From Convolutriloba macropyga (Eukaryota), in contig NC_134480.1 of NCBI RefSeq assembly GCF_964194025.1, positions 27,156,001 to 27,220,000 on the forward strand: 64,000 bases of DNA. Reading direction: 5' to 3'. Made by a program: the position numbers and the translations under genes. Positions 25,701 to 39,100 of the stretch are shown here, one piece after another (position 1 is the first letter of the stretch; every line of letters starts with the position of its first letter). The notes under the pieces are model-generated. The model worked only from the letters and a program-made list of their open reading frames with translations. It did no database searches and was not told the DNA's origin.

Positions 25701-28414
25701 GAATGAACCCTGGTTGCATAGAAATTATATGAAATCATGTATTGCCGCTGAAAAAGACCCTATTTGTGGAATAAACAAGCAAAAATTAATTTTTTACCAA
25801 AGTTAAAGTTAAAAATAATCCGGCGGCAAATTTTTAAACTGTGGAAAAAGTTAGGCAACAGGGCAAATTTTAATTCCAATTTTCCAATTTTATCAGGGCT
25901 TAGGAAATATAGGCCAGTGTTTTTGTTCTCTCAGTTTTTTTATCGATAGCTTTTACTGAGAAAAGCTCTACATTGAAGGCTCTCGAAAAACAGAAAATGA
26001 GGAAGCCTATATTCCAAAAATACAATATTTTTGTTTTTAAGTTTGAATTGCTAAATAATTCTATTGGTGTGTGTTCTGAATAAGAAAGTTGATTGTGTAT
26101 AATGCGTAAATCTTTTGACGTACATCTTCATCTCTTGCGTACATCTTCATATGTATAAGGTGCTTGAAATTTGTAATAGATATATTACTAATTTAATCGC
26201 ATGACAAAGTTCCTTAAATAGGCACTAATCAAATTTGGTGGCTGTTCAAGGCATATTAATGAAGTTAGAGAAAAAGTAAAATTTTTATAAACGAGTAAAT
26301 TTAGAGAATGAAATATTAAATTATTCAGCAGATTGTTGATATTTTGAAAACACTGATTATGTTCGTTTTGAGGAATTACCTTTGAGTGAAAATCCTTCCA
26401 AATAATTAGTTGCGCTAAGATTCAACGTTTGTAAAATAAATTGTCTATGATTTTCAAATGTTCTTTCACACTTTTAGGACCCGGGTTGACTTAACTCATC
26501 TTAGATACCATATCAAAGTCATGCACGGTGCGTATGGTATCTTAGATACCATATCAACGGTCATACAAAAACAAAACAAGGTCTCAAATGATGTTTTTGG
26601 ATCGCATATTTAGCACAATGTGACATGATTTGAGTTTCTTTTGAATTCATGAAAAACTTTTTTACGCCTTTCATTAGGTTACAACTATATGCAGTGTGAT
26701 TTGTAGTGAAATTCTACTACTGGATTCTGAAAATTTTGATGAAAGTTGCGATTAGTTAAAAAAAGGCTTCTCTCGAAAGTCTGCTATTTCTCGAGATGCT
26801 TGTGAAATAAGATATTTTGTTTCACTACCGATACTTTTTGCACTTCACTAGCTCGTAAAAACTATGTTAACTGTGAAGTACATCAAAAATCCGCAGCAAT
26901 TGAAAAGTTACGATTGATAAAAAAGACGAGTCTTCTCTGGAAAGTCTTCTATTTCTGAGGTGGCGGTGAAAGAGATATTTTAGTTATTCGCCACTTTTTG
27001 CACTTAACTAGGTTGTGTCAACTATATGCCACCTTTACGCCACGACTGTCACCATTATTTAAGTAAGAGTTTATAGCTTGAAATCTCGATTAAAACTATT
27101 ATTCGGGATAAAAACTCTGCATGATAAAAACAAAACATGAAATGAACTCTCGCAAAAACTTTCGTAGTTTAAGTTGTTAGTACCTATGGTTTTCAAAAAT
27201 ATTAACTTTTTTAGATGAAATGTCTGTTCTTGAACTTGAATCTCTTTACCGAGCTCAGTAATCTCGTTAATTTATCTCAAGTCGCCCTAAACGGGATAAA
27301 TTCTTGAAGAATGGAAAAGCCAAGCGTATTTTCCGAATTCAGGATACTCTTTCCGTCAAAATCTTCAATACATCAACTCAATTATAATTTTGCTTGGGCT
27401 TAATTCTTGTTTTCAATTTTGAATCAGGACAATCGTTTTCAAAGCCGTTGATTTTGGGCTAAAAGTACGATGCTTTCAAACAGCGAGTTTATTTAAGTAT
27501 CTTTGTCACTTTTTATTGGTTTCCGGTTCAAAAAAGCAAACTTAGTGGACTTAGATGTGGAGGATTGTTTTTCGATATTTCTTCAATACCGAGGATACGC
27601 TTAAAGTGTAAAAAGTATTATTTTCAAAGTTTATTGCATTGTTTGCCTTTTGACGGATTGTAACATAAAATTCAAACGGACCCTAACCGATCCTTGTTTC
27701 TTATCTACCTTTTTATAGCTGTGCTGCAAAGATTTGGTCTTAGCATCTTAGAAGAACCAAATCTAAGAGACCCTCCGGGCAAAGGAAGACGAGATCCGTA
27801 GCCTTTAGGTCTTTGGTCGATTTCGATTTGTGGATGAAGCTTGTTAAGATATAGTGACCTTTTATTTGCTTAGCGTTGTGTAGTATATTCTGAAGATTTA
27901 AGCGATTGTCATAGTTTTGAAAACTTACTCATTGTTCAATTTTTTACGTTTTTTCCCTTGTTTATTGCGTGCTAATAGACTTTTACAGTGATGGATGATC
28001 AATTTCTTTTGGTTGTGAACGTCGACTGAGGTGCTAAGGTTTTGTGGGTTGGGTTTTCTGTGACTTGTTCATTAGGACATGTCCGTTAGGACAGACAGAG
28101 CCCTTTTTTGGGCATTTGAAACAATTGTAGATAATCTGATTTGAAAGAAGTTGGCATTGTTTGTAGTTAAAAAAACTTTCTAAGCAAAGTTATATTTCAG
28201 TATCTAAACAAATTGTTGTAATTAAATTTAATATTACTCCATTAGTTTGCTCTATAATACAAAATTAAAGACAGAATAAATTGCTACTTCTCAATTTGAG
28301 TGATGCCTAGCAGAGGTGCTCAAAGAGAGTTCTATTCAAAGTACAAAATCAGCAGTTTTTGGATCGAAGAATTTGCGAATGAATCAATTTATCAGGGAAG
28401 AATTGAGAGCCATC

Positions 28415-29860
28415 TCATGTGAACAGTTTCCACATCATAGAAGGAAGTTGCATGCAACCGGAAGTCTTCGTTGGCAAGTTACTGTGTCGACTGCAGGAAG
28501 CCCCGGTTAGTGTGACGTTGACATTGGTGCTTCCTTCTGGTAACATTAAGAATGGGTCTATTTCGCTGTGACTTTCAATGTCAAGCAATGCTTCTGCCAG
28601 GCAAAACTGCATTCCGGAAAACTCTGTGAATACTTTGACAAAAGTGTCGTCTGGAAGTTGGCCAAACCTACCAGCTCCAATGACGATCATGTTGTCGTGC
28701 TTGCCGTCTGATTGTGACATTTTGGTGATAAGGGATTCGGTATTTGTGGAATCGACGATCAGAATAATTCTGTTAGCTTTGCAGTTGGAAGTATCTTTGA
28801 GAAGATGGAATGGGGAGTACCTTTCGTTGTTGTCGACCACACCGTCATTATCCAAATCCCACAACATAACAGATCCATCATCGGCTGTCACTCCAGAAAG
28901 GTATATGACAACTGTATCAGCGCAAAAGTCACAATTGCACACCTTTCGAATACTGCTTCTCATTTCTGATCGATGCTGGGCACCCCAGACTACCTCGGGG
29001 TCTTGAAGTTTATCTCTTTGGTAACTGGTTGCATTGTTAACGAGGATCCGCAAACTGTCCATGTGAAAACCTTGTTTTGTCAACTGTCTGTACATAGACA
29101 TAGCTCCGGTTTCGAGTTGTTTTCGAGCATTGATTTCATTCCAGCCTCCAGAAATTATGAATCCGTAGTCGCATATTATGTCTTTTTGGCACAGATTCGT
29201 GATCCTTGACTTCATGCAAACTGGATTTCCGGGTTTCTTATCGCAAACTGAAGTCTTCTTGTTGAGATCTGTCGCTTTTGGACAACTTGCAGTTACGAGA
29301 ATGTCTTCGTGGCATTTGAATAGTTGTGTTTTGTCTTTTTTGTCGTTATTGTCGTACACCAGTGGCAAATATCTCAACTGACAGTACAAATTTAGATCTT
29401 GTCCACATTGTTTCTTTTGCGCCAAATACAAACAGTAGTTGTTATAGTACTGACCAGACTTCTTATCACATTGTGCCAGGCTGATTTTGTCCAGGAAGAA
29501 AACAAACACAACGTGGGGAATGCTTAGATGAGGGAACGGGTCGATGCCAAGAACCAAGGAATGTTTTGGGTCCTGCTGGAATCCTTTGTCTGGGTACACG
29601 GCTGTATAATTCCCAAGTTTGCCTCCGTTGCTCACGTACAAGTTCATCTGGGTTCTGTGAGTGGAGACTTTGATTCGGTCGCACAGTGTGTCATCGAAGA
29701 TGTACAATTGTCGGCATGTCAATGCATCTAGCATGGAGAATGCTTGCAGTGCCCAAATTTCTACCGGAGTTTCGTTAAAACTCCTCTTTGAAATTGCTGA
29801 GCTCAAAGTTCCGACAAAAGCGGAAGAAACAAGGACTGTTAGAAGTGCAATCGTCAACAT
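28415..29860 (-). CDS. Intronless secreted Cys-rich protein (481 aa) with a peptidase-C13/caspase-fold-like C-terminal domain, probably catalytically inactive
   Basis: Long open frame in AT-rich DNA. The first ATG (29860) begins a signal peptide MLTIALLTVLVSSAFVGTLSSA. 19 Cys. YGFIISGGWN...MYRQL..QGF...DTVVIYLSG...VMLWD...RIILIVDS follows the C13/clan-CD strand order. The ORF-track start at 29989 is a TTG extension. Confidence 0.85.
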   Translation of the reverse strand: MLTIALLTVLVSSAFVGTLSSAISKRSFNETPVEIWALQAFSMLDALTCRQLYIFDDTLCDRIKVSTHRTQMNLYVSNGGKLGNYTAVYPDKGFQQDPKHSLVLGIDPFPHLSIPHVVFVFFLDKISLAQCDKKSGQYYNNYCLYLAQKKQCGQDLNLYCQLRYLPLVYDNNDKKDKTQLFKCHEDILVTASCPKATDLNKKTSVCDKKPGNPVCMKSRITNLCQKDIICDYGFIISGGWNEINARKQLETGAMSMYRQLTKQGFHMDSLRILVNNATSYQRDKLQDPEVVWGAQHRSEMRSSIRKVCNCDFCADTVVIYLSGVTADDGSVMLWDLDNDGVVDNNERYSPFHLLKDTSNCKANRIILIVDSTNTESLITKMSQSDGKHDNMIVIGAGRFGQLPDDTFVKVFTEFSGMQFCLAEALLDIESHSEIDPFLMLPEGSTNVNVTLTGASCSRHSNLPTKTSGCMQLPSMMWKLFT

Positions 29861-32800
29861 TTTTGCTTTGATTAAGTTTGAAGAATGCGGACGAGTTAAG
29901 TATTTAAACCAAAATTTAGTCGAAAATAGTAATTTGCGAATTCGAGTGAATTTGAAATTTGAACTTGTGAAAATGAATGAATCGAACAAGGAAACAGAGC
30001 GTGAGAAGGAGAGAGAGCAATTTGGTTCAATTTGGTAATTATTAAAAAATGAATTTGGAACTGTGATTTATGACTGGTTGTAGGTGTAAATTTCTGTATA
30101 TGACAATTTTCCGGATTGGGCGATTAGCGAAGGTATTAACGTGTGAGGTTTTGCCTGGACAGGCTAGTGAAGAGAGATACACTTCAGATAAGTTAATCCC
30201 TTAATTCCACAGCTGTCTCAAAATTAATCCCGATCGACTAATTTGGTAAGGAGGAAACGTCCAAATACCCAAAGCGACAGACCTTAATTTCAGTAGGATA
30301 CTCTAGTAAGGGGAGACAAAGAGTTGCTAGTTAATAAACAAATGCCAGTCAAGTTGGTCAGTTTGTTGTAGGTACTGTTTCTGGTGTTACCCCAAGGCAA
30401 TGTTACAATTACTTCAACTGTTTTGGTGTAATGGGAGAATTAAAACAACCGATTCCCAGATTAGATAATCTGTCCACAACTTGTCCGCATAACAAACAAG
30501 TAACTGTCCAAATAACAGAATTGAGAAGACGCTTAAGATTCGTATCAAGGTTTTACAAGCCAACTTCTGTCTCTCTTAACAGCTTGTAATGCTAAACTAT
30601 GACTCGCTGGCTTTTTGAACTTATTTTGACTTATTTTCAATTGAGAAAGAAGACCATTGGTTTCTTTTTTTTTGTTGTTTGGGTTGGAATCGGTAGGCAA
30701 GGACGAATAACAATAATTTTCAGTCCGTAAGTTTTAAGTAATGGAACAAAATTGTAACTGGAAATAATGATATAGCTCGTAATGATATAATCTGAATTGA
30801 AAATAACTTTCTAATCAATTGCGATTTTCGTAAAGTTGAAATCCCTTACCAAGGCTTGAAAAAACTTCAACTTAAATTTGACCTAATTTTTTGATGATCA
30901 CTCTGATTAATGTTTGATTTTAACTGAAAGTAGTGCTTAGCAATTGTATGGTAATTAAGAAGCACACTTCAAATCGGAATAGAATTGAGGGAGAGAAAAA
31001 GAGCTAGCGAGAAGAGAGAGAGAGGTTGAGTTTTCAAGTGAGATAGTAGAAAGAATGATTAGTACTTGTGTGTATGTTGGCTACTGAGGGGTGGTAATGG
31101 CGGCTGAAGGTACAGTTGGGGGGCAGTGGCGGAACTTGGCGCTGTCAGTGATTAGTCGGTGCCTTTGAAGTGCCTCTTTTGGGACCTGTCAATCAAGGCA
31201 ACTGTCGGGTATGTCTTCTAAATATTGACGGGATCTGACAGTGCGTATAATGGCGTAGATGGTAACATCAAAGTGCCGCCATTCAATACATCGCCCCACG
31301 CCTGTCGTGCCCAGCTGGTAGTCCCTAATGCACTAATTGATTTTTCGCCCCCACTTTTTCAATACAATCCCCAAAAAATCGCCCCGGGTTGTCCCTTTGA
31401 TCTTTTGAAAAGTGCCGCCCAGTACTTCAGCTAGATTTCCCCAACTATTCCCCCTAATTCGCTTCTTGTGTACGTATCACACTGGAAACTGGAATAAACC
31501 GCAGCCTCTTAGCTGGCTTGATTCATTGTCTCTAGAGAAATAGAACGCGATTGCAATACAATTTAATATTGTGTCAATTTGCTCCATCAATAGTATCGCG
31601 GTATTGTGGTTAATAGTTTGACAGGTTGACGTAAGTATGGATGTATGTATAATCGAATGATAGATAGCCTTTTTCGGCCAGTTAGGCTGTTAAAGTGCAA
31701 CTTGACTATTGCCCCCAAAGGCGTTTCCAGCTGAGAGACAAATATGTTGCCATTGAGAAGTAAACCAAGCAAAGCTGACTCATTTTTAACTCAGGATTTT
31801 TCCGATCTGGCAATTTTGGTGAATTGACATTGAGTTTTAATTCTGTCTCATTATAGCTTAATTTTCAATTAAGATTTTTTTGCGAACGTTTTTGCCAAGC
31901 TGAGAACGTACTGGAATATTGTAATTTCATGGTAATTTTAAAATAATAATTCATAATTTTTTCTCGATTTCAGTGCTTCTAAAGTTTGTATTAAGATGGT
32001 GAAAGTTCTTGTGGCGTTTAGGGCGTCGTTTTGTCTGATACACATTTCTGGTGAGAACTGAAGAGTTAGTTAATGACTGATTTTTAAATTTTCATAAATT
32101 GATATAAATTTATATAAATCGCGATCAAATTTTGATTGGATTGCTGTTATTGGTCGGTTTGTTGGTTATTTAATTTGTGATTTTAGTTTACGGGTGGATA
32201 ATTGTTGGAGTATGTGTAGAAGTAGATATAGATAGATACATAGCTATTTGAAAGATGGTTTAATCTATACAATCGGCTGTGGCATTCGGTGTGTTAACTG
32301 CAGGAGGTAGTTGTTGACTTTTGATTGTGCATCTCTTGCTTAAAAGTTGTGTCACCCCCTCAGTGCGTAATTACGCCTTCGAGATCGTAATTACAGCTGA
32401 ATTTTGAATATAGCTCCAAATTTGAGAAGCAATTGTAAAATTAGAAGACAAAATAAACACCTGCACCACACTGTGGGGGGCATTGTTCAATTGATAGGTA
32501 ACTTCTGTTCTATTTGTCCAACTAAAGAAGTCTTGAGATGTACAAAGCACAGTGCCCGAAACTTGAGCATTAACTATAGTGCTTTTATGTGGTTATCTAC
32601 TTTCAATTGTTCTAAAGAAAAAAGTTAAGACCTCTGGGCGCCCGCTGTTCGTGAAGTTGTGTTTCAGATATATAAAATTTCACCGTAATGAAATTGTCCT
32701 CCTTTAAGCAGAGTACAAAAATAGAAATTTCCCAAATCAAATTTGACGGCTTTAAGAGTTATACTAAATTAGCAGTCAGAACGGAACGACAAAGAGTATA

Positions 32801-33199
32801 AAAATGGTGTAATTTAAAAACCTTGTTTTTTTAACCCAAGGTTCTTAAAACTATCTTGATCAAAATGTATTTAATTTTTTGAAAAGCGTTTGCCTATAGT
32901 GATCGTTAATTGACACAATTCACATCACGGCTCTGGTACATTCGAGGTAAATGGTTATATAAGAAAATTTGCTTGATGCTTGAATGTGCATTTATTGACG
33001 AGTATTCAATGCGTATCCATTGGGAATTGCGAAAGAGTTCACAAAAACCATCACGCAACTCTTATAAAACTTTTCGTTTTTATCGCGTTTTTGTCAAGTA
33101 GAACACAATTTACGCCTAAAAGACATACTTGAGACACCAATACTCACATAGCAAAAAAATGGGTTGCTGCATACTTACAGGGCAGTTTTTCTTGCGTAG

Positions 33200-33380
33200 A
33201 AACACTTCTTGCGTAAACATTGAAAAATCAAAATGGAGAAAAGTCAAGCATGGTGTCCCCCAAGGCGGTGTATTGTCGCCAATGCTCTACATCTACATGA
33301 GCAAGCTGCCTCTGCCACCGAAAGGTCTCAACATCACGTCTTACGCTGATGAAATAACTTCAACAACATCTCACCCATAA
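33200..33380 (+). mobile_element. Short LINE RT fragment
   Basis: KSKWRKVKHGVPQGGVLSPML..YMSKLP...ITSYADE contains RT motifs B (GVPQG) and C (YADD-like), truncated. Confidence 0.8.
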
Positions 33381-36119
33381 GTTTGAAGTTGACCTGTGGC
33401 TTCAAAATATCTAACAATTTATTCTGCACCTTCGAGGCTCTAAATAAGACAATCAGATAGATTAATTAAAATAGGGGGGATTTAAGTGTAGAAAAAATTT
33501 TCGACCATTTGTTTCACAGTAAAGAAAATTGATCGAATGGAGGATAATTTTTATCCCAGTTAACTGGAAATGCCCTTTAAATCGTTTGTCGAATTTAGAT
33601 ATTATTTTTATAAATTGGTTAATTTGAATTGATTAAGTCGGCCACCGAATCTCCGAAGCTCAGCCAAGCTCGTTTCGAGTAGATTTGTGCCATATTCCAC
33701 TAACTCTGGTTTTTGTTTGGCCGATTTGGCATAAGCTGGAAAAAATCTTAAAATAAGTGCTAAACAAAAGGCTCCTAGTGATAAATTGGTGTTTTACTCT
33801 TCCACCACGGCCTACTCATGATAATTTTGTTTTTAGATCTGAAACACATCTAACATCTTTGATTAAATCTGACAGCTTACATTTGATGAAAATTGGAGAG
33901 TTGCGAAGGTCCCCTTTAAAATTGTTTGGCTGGAAAAGGCTATAAAATTGAAGTCCCAAAATCTGCTTGGACATCTTCAAAGTATTGTTTTCGGAATAAA
34001 AAAGAATAAGACGAATTTTACGCCAACAGATTAAACCACCTGTGCGCGAATGTTTGTGCATTAAATACAACAATAGTTAGTATCCAAGTATTCAGACGAT
34101 GGAGCAAGAAGGCAGATCAGCTGCCTTGAATCATTGTGTCAGTCAATTGATATTATTAGTTGAAATGACCAACTATCTTCTGAAACAGAAAGTTGAAGAT
34201 TTTGAATACTATGATTTTACATTGTGGCATTCAATTAATTTGTTTTCTTCTGGTTGGTACTATGATTTTAAATTGTTTCAGGCAATTAATTGGTTGTGTT
34301 GCAACTGAAAATTGGGAAACAAGTCAATTGAATAATAGAATTAATAGATGTTGCTTTTTGTTTATTGTAACTCTCGTGCCATTCGTGCGTTTTTTTTTCG
34401 GTTATTTTAAAGATTTTGATTAAAATCAATTTTTGTTTTTTTTTTTAGTTTCTCTTCTAATATCACTTCAAGAATTGTTTTCAGGATTGAACCGTTACTC
34501 AATATTTACTTCATGGTCGTTTGAAGTTGTTTTTACTGGTCTTCATGTCAACGTTTGTTAGTAATGCAAGTTTTGATTTTAATTGTCGTAAATGTAGCTT
34601 TGTAAAGTGAACTTTGACCCATTTTGCTACCGTTGCTTTATAGAAAATGAAGAAATTGTCTTCAAATGAAGAAATGCTTTGATCTTATTTTGTTTCATAA
34701 TTTATTGGGAAGTCACTGAACCAAATATTCGCCTGCGTAATTTTTGTTCTCTACCGCAATGAAAACGAGTTATTTACGAGCTTTCACTGAAATATCATAA
34801 TTAGGTAACTATCAGTCATTTTGCTTTAATGGAGAGAAAAAATAAAGCATTAATTGCGAACTGCGTTCGTTTTAATTATTTATTTGATAGAATGTCGAGA
34901 TTTTTACGGTGTCAGGACAAAGGTTACATGATAATTAAACCAATGTCAACATAACAATATGTTAACATACGCAATTTGTCTACATTCACAATATTTTACC
35001 CTATTGATGAAATTATCAGAATGAATATTTGGCATTTGATGAAGTGTGATGAAGTACGTTTACCAATCCTTAAATGTTATGATCAGTTCACAACCGTTGT
35101 CCGTAATTTGCTATTCCATTTTTATCAGAAGATTCAAATTATTTCAATTGGGAAAATTTTACTTTTTCAGTTGTGCTGAAACTATCAATATTCTCAACTT
35201 TAACTCACTTTAAATTTCAAAGTATTTTATCCTTGAAGTCGAACTTCATCCTTGTTTCGAACTATTTTTTGTGGTTTATGTCGCCTGATTTCTTATTTCT
35301 TACGATATGTTTTTTTTAATGTTCCCTTGTTTATAAATTTTGGATTATTTCCATCATTGTGTGGAGGTCCAAAATTTTGCGCACGATGTTTTCTGATTTA
35401 GCTGAGAAAAATATCAGTGAACTGTTCTGGATTCATCCGGCAATTTTTTTGACCTTGCAATATCAATTCACTCAAAATTTGACAATTCCTGCTATAATAG
35501 AGGACGGACAGAGATGTTTAATTGCTCTCGTAGAGAAGCAATTATTGTAAACGTGTGTGTTTTTTATGCAAAACTTTTTCTGGACCGTTTTGACTTTTGC
35601 AGTGACTTTTGCGCCCTTGACTTTTTGCGTTTCGCGTGATCTAAAATTCTCTCTCAATCGCAATTTCAAGCAGCTGAACTCAATTGTGGTCAATTTAATA
35701 CTAAAAGTGAAATGAAACGTGCGCCGAAACCGGTGCTATTTTTCACTTTAAATATTAATAGTGGTATATGTTAACCTCTAATTTGTTTATTCGAAGCCCA
35801 CTATTGAACTTCTTAGTTCCATTTAGGCTCCCCCCGACTGAAACAGGCTACAATTGATTAGAGCGCTCACTGGTCGTTCAAGAGCAATTTTTCCGACGTT
35901 TAGTCGGTTATGTTTATTAAATCCTAATTTTTTGTTTTTGTTTTAAATTTGGATTTTAGAATTTGTCAAGATCGAGATTTATAATGGGCATATAAAAATT
36001 CAAAATATCAAGATTTATAATATTATTTAAAAAATACTCGGACCTAACCTCAATTTTATTCTCGAGTTTATTTGTCAATTTAATTGTGCTGCTGAATTCT
36101 TTGTTCTTAATAAATATTG

Positions 36120-39100
36120 CACTATAAATGAAAAAGGACGGTTCTAAGGATGTAAAGAACGTGAATCTCGCATCCGCAGTCGTGGTAGTTTTTTTTTGCT
36201 CCCGAAATTCTTCAGCAATCGTGCTTTTTGTGTTCCCTGTTGAAAAAGTATCAACTTTTTTCCTGGAAAAGAAAACTAAACAATTGTTTTTTCAGTATTC
36301 TTTATTAGGTCATTATGTTTCGCGTACTCGTCCGTTTTCTCCTAATTATCGAGGGCACAGTTTTTTTATTTTGGGGAAATATTTTTTATGTTAAAAGAAA
36401 TTGCTAAAAGAAATGTTAAAAGATTTGTTGCTGGTGATTTCCGCAAGCAACAAATCAAAAAAACAATTAAGCACTGTTATATCAAAATAGTTGATAGTTT
36501 TATACAAGAAAAAAAACCAGATTGAAATGGCAGGGAATTGATAACGAAAAGTGTCTCTACGTCAACAATGACAAATAAAAGAATCTGTAATCCCGTACAG
36601 TTCCAATTTGTTCTTCAAAACATTCGATCCGTATCTAAGAACCTAGACGAGTTTGAAGTTTACATTAATAGCATGTCTCAGAAACCTGAAGTAGTTTGCC
36701 TTACTGAGACTTGGTTAAATCCTAGCTATAACAATAACTGTTTTTCTTTGAATGGTTATCAAACAATTATATCCAGCAATCGTAAAAAAAAGAGGTGGAG
36801 GTGTTGCATTCTTCTTGAAAAATAACATAAATTGTCAGATAGTTAAAAAATTAGAAACGAATTCCGTTCAACTACTAACAGTCGCCATCAAAACCATAAA
36901 AGAAAAAATCTGGTTCTCATGTATTTACATGCCACCAAATTGCACTAATGAAGCCAATTTCTTGACGGTTGAAAGATATCTCGACAGCCTAATGGTTGAC
37001 CCAGAAACAAAACACGTACTTTGTGGGGATTTTAATGTTAATTTTTTAGTAAACAGCAAAAAAGCCGAAAACTTAAGAAGCCTTTTAGCCGGAAACGGTC
37101 TCAGTATATCAAGCAATAGCGACCCAACGAGGGTATCAAATGGCAGAAGTACGCTCATTGACGCAATATTTTCTAACTTTTTTATAGAAACAAAAGTTAA
37201 ATCAACCAGCATAACAGATCATCACACGGTAGAAGGTTCCTTTGACCTCGATGGCAGTCCAGAAAAGTATTTTAAAGCTCTAAAAAGCCGCAATTGGCAT
37301 AACCTAGATAATCCAATTACAAAAGAAAGACTCGAAAATGATCTCAGGTATCAATTTGAGGTCCACAGAAGTAGTTTAGAACTCTTACCAATTGACAAAG
37401 CCTTCAAAAAACTTCACGAATTGCTCACAGAAGCATTAAACTATTACCTTCCTGAAAAATATCGTACACAAAAAAGAACAAAAATTGGATTGATAATGAG
37501 GTTAAAAACTTAGCGACGAAAAAACGTAGTCTTAAGAGACTGGCAGATACAACTGGAAGTCCACAAATTCACGAAAATTTTCAAAAAACTTGTAAAAACC
37601 TTAAATCTCTCATCAGATCTAAAAAACAAACTTTTTATCAAAATCTACTTAAAACCGATTCGGTAAAAAGCAAAAAATCTTTCTTTGAGCTTTACAGATC
37701 TTTAGCCGGCAATTCAGAGTCCTCTAAAGTTGTCTGCTCGCAAAATAAAGTAGATGAGTTTAACGAGTTCTTCGCAAACATTGGGAAAAAATTGAATGCA
37801 GAATTTTTAACAAGAAGTGCCGTTACGATAGAAAACCAGAGTCAAAGTATGTTTCTAAAATGGATATCTGCAAATGACGTAATGTACGCTATCAACAACT
37901 GTAAAAACAAATTTAGTCTTGATTGCTATAACTTGAACTATTTTTTTCATTAAAAAAGTTTCTGACTGTTTAACAGCTCCTTTACAACTCTTGTTTAACA
38001 GATGCATAGAACTTGGACAATACCCAGAGAGTTTGAAAATAGCAAAAGTTATACCGTTCTTCAAAAATGGAAATAAAGATGACCCATCAAATTTCAGGCC
38101 CAAATCGTTGCTACCAATTATAGGGAAAGTCTTTGAGCGGATTATATTTGATCGAATTCAAAACTACCTAAACGTTATCGAAATTCTCTCAGATTCACAA
38201 TTTGGCTTCAGGCACGGGAAGAGCACAGTTGATGCCATTGCAACCTTAATAGATGAAATAAGATCAAATCTCCACAACAACAGTGAAAAAACCAAATGCA
38301 CCTTTCTAGACTTAAAGAAAGCTTTTGATACTGTCGATCACAAGATTTTACTGCAAAAGTGTTATAGATATTGTCTGCGTGGTCCAATATACAACATTTT
38401 AAAATCATATTTGTCCAAACGAACGCAATATACTTTAATTGGAGATAAAAAGTCCAAACTGAATCTTATAGAACTAGGCGTGCCACAGGGATCAATTCTT
38501 GGCCCACTGTTATTTATTATCTACATGAATGACTTAAGTTTGTCCCAGAAAAAATCAAATGTTATTTTATACGCCGATGACACTGTTGTGAAGAGCAGAA
38601 GTTCTGCATCGAAAATTGACGATGATCACGACAGAGCACTAGATAACGTCAATGATTGGCTCATAAAAAATAAACTAACACTGAACAAGGAAAAAACAAA
38701 GAGCATGCTTTTTGTAAAGAAAAATCAAAAATGTTGTGTCAAGAACATTCATAAAAAACACTAAAATTGAAGAAAAACAAAGTTTCAAATACCTGGGCAT
38801 CACGATAGATAACGATCTACGTTTCACAAAGCACTCAAAGCATGTGGTCACAAAACTTTTGTCGAATTGTTCTATCTTTTATAAACTAAGAAATGTTTTG
38901 AGAGAATTACAGATGATAAAAGCGTTTAAAACATACATACAGCCAATAGTACAATACGGAGTCCTGATATACGGGTCAACAACAATCACAACTATTAGGG
39001 AAATAGACAAAGTTATCAAACGTATCGTGCGGCTAATTTTTCATCGAAAAAAGTTTGAAAGCACTTACGAAGAAAGAGTAAAACATAGGATATATTTAGC

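Noticed and set aside
27280-27850. Possible Penelope RT remnant on the minus strand (..PKGYGS...KMLRPNL..)
   Set aside because: Similarity is too degenerate to support by eye.
28316-30038. Plus-strand ORFs overlapping the 481-aa gene (28578-29006, 29661-30038 and others)
   Set aside because: Antisense shadows of the real minus-strand CDS.
31124-31425. hAT-like MITE (cagtggcggaactt ... aagtgccgcccag, internal gcccc motifs)
   Set aside because: TIRs are imperfect, and there is no TSD or second copy in the window.
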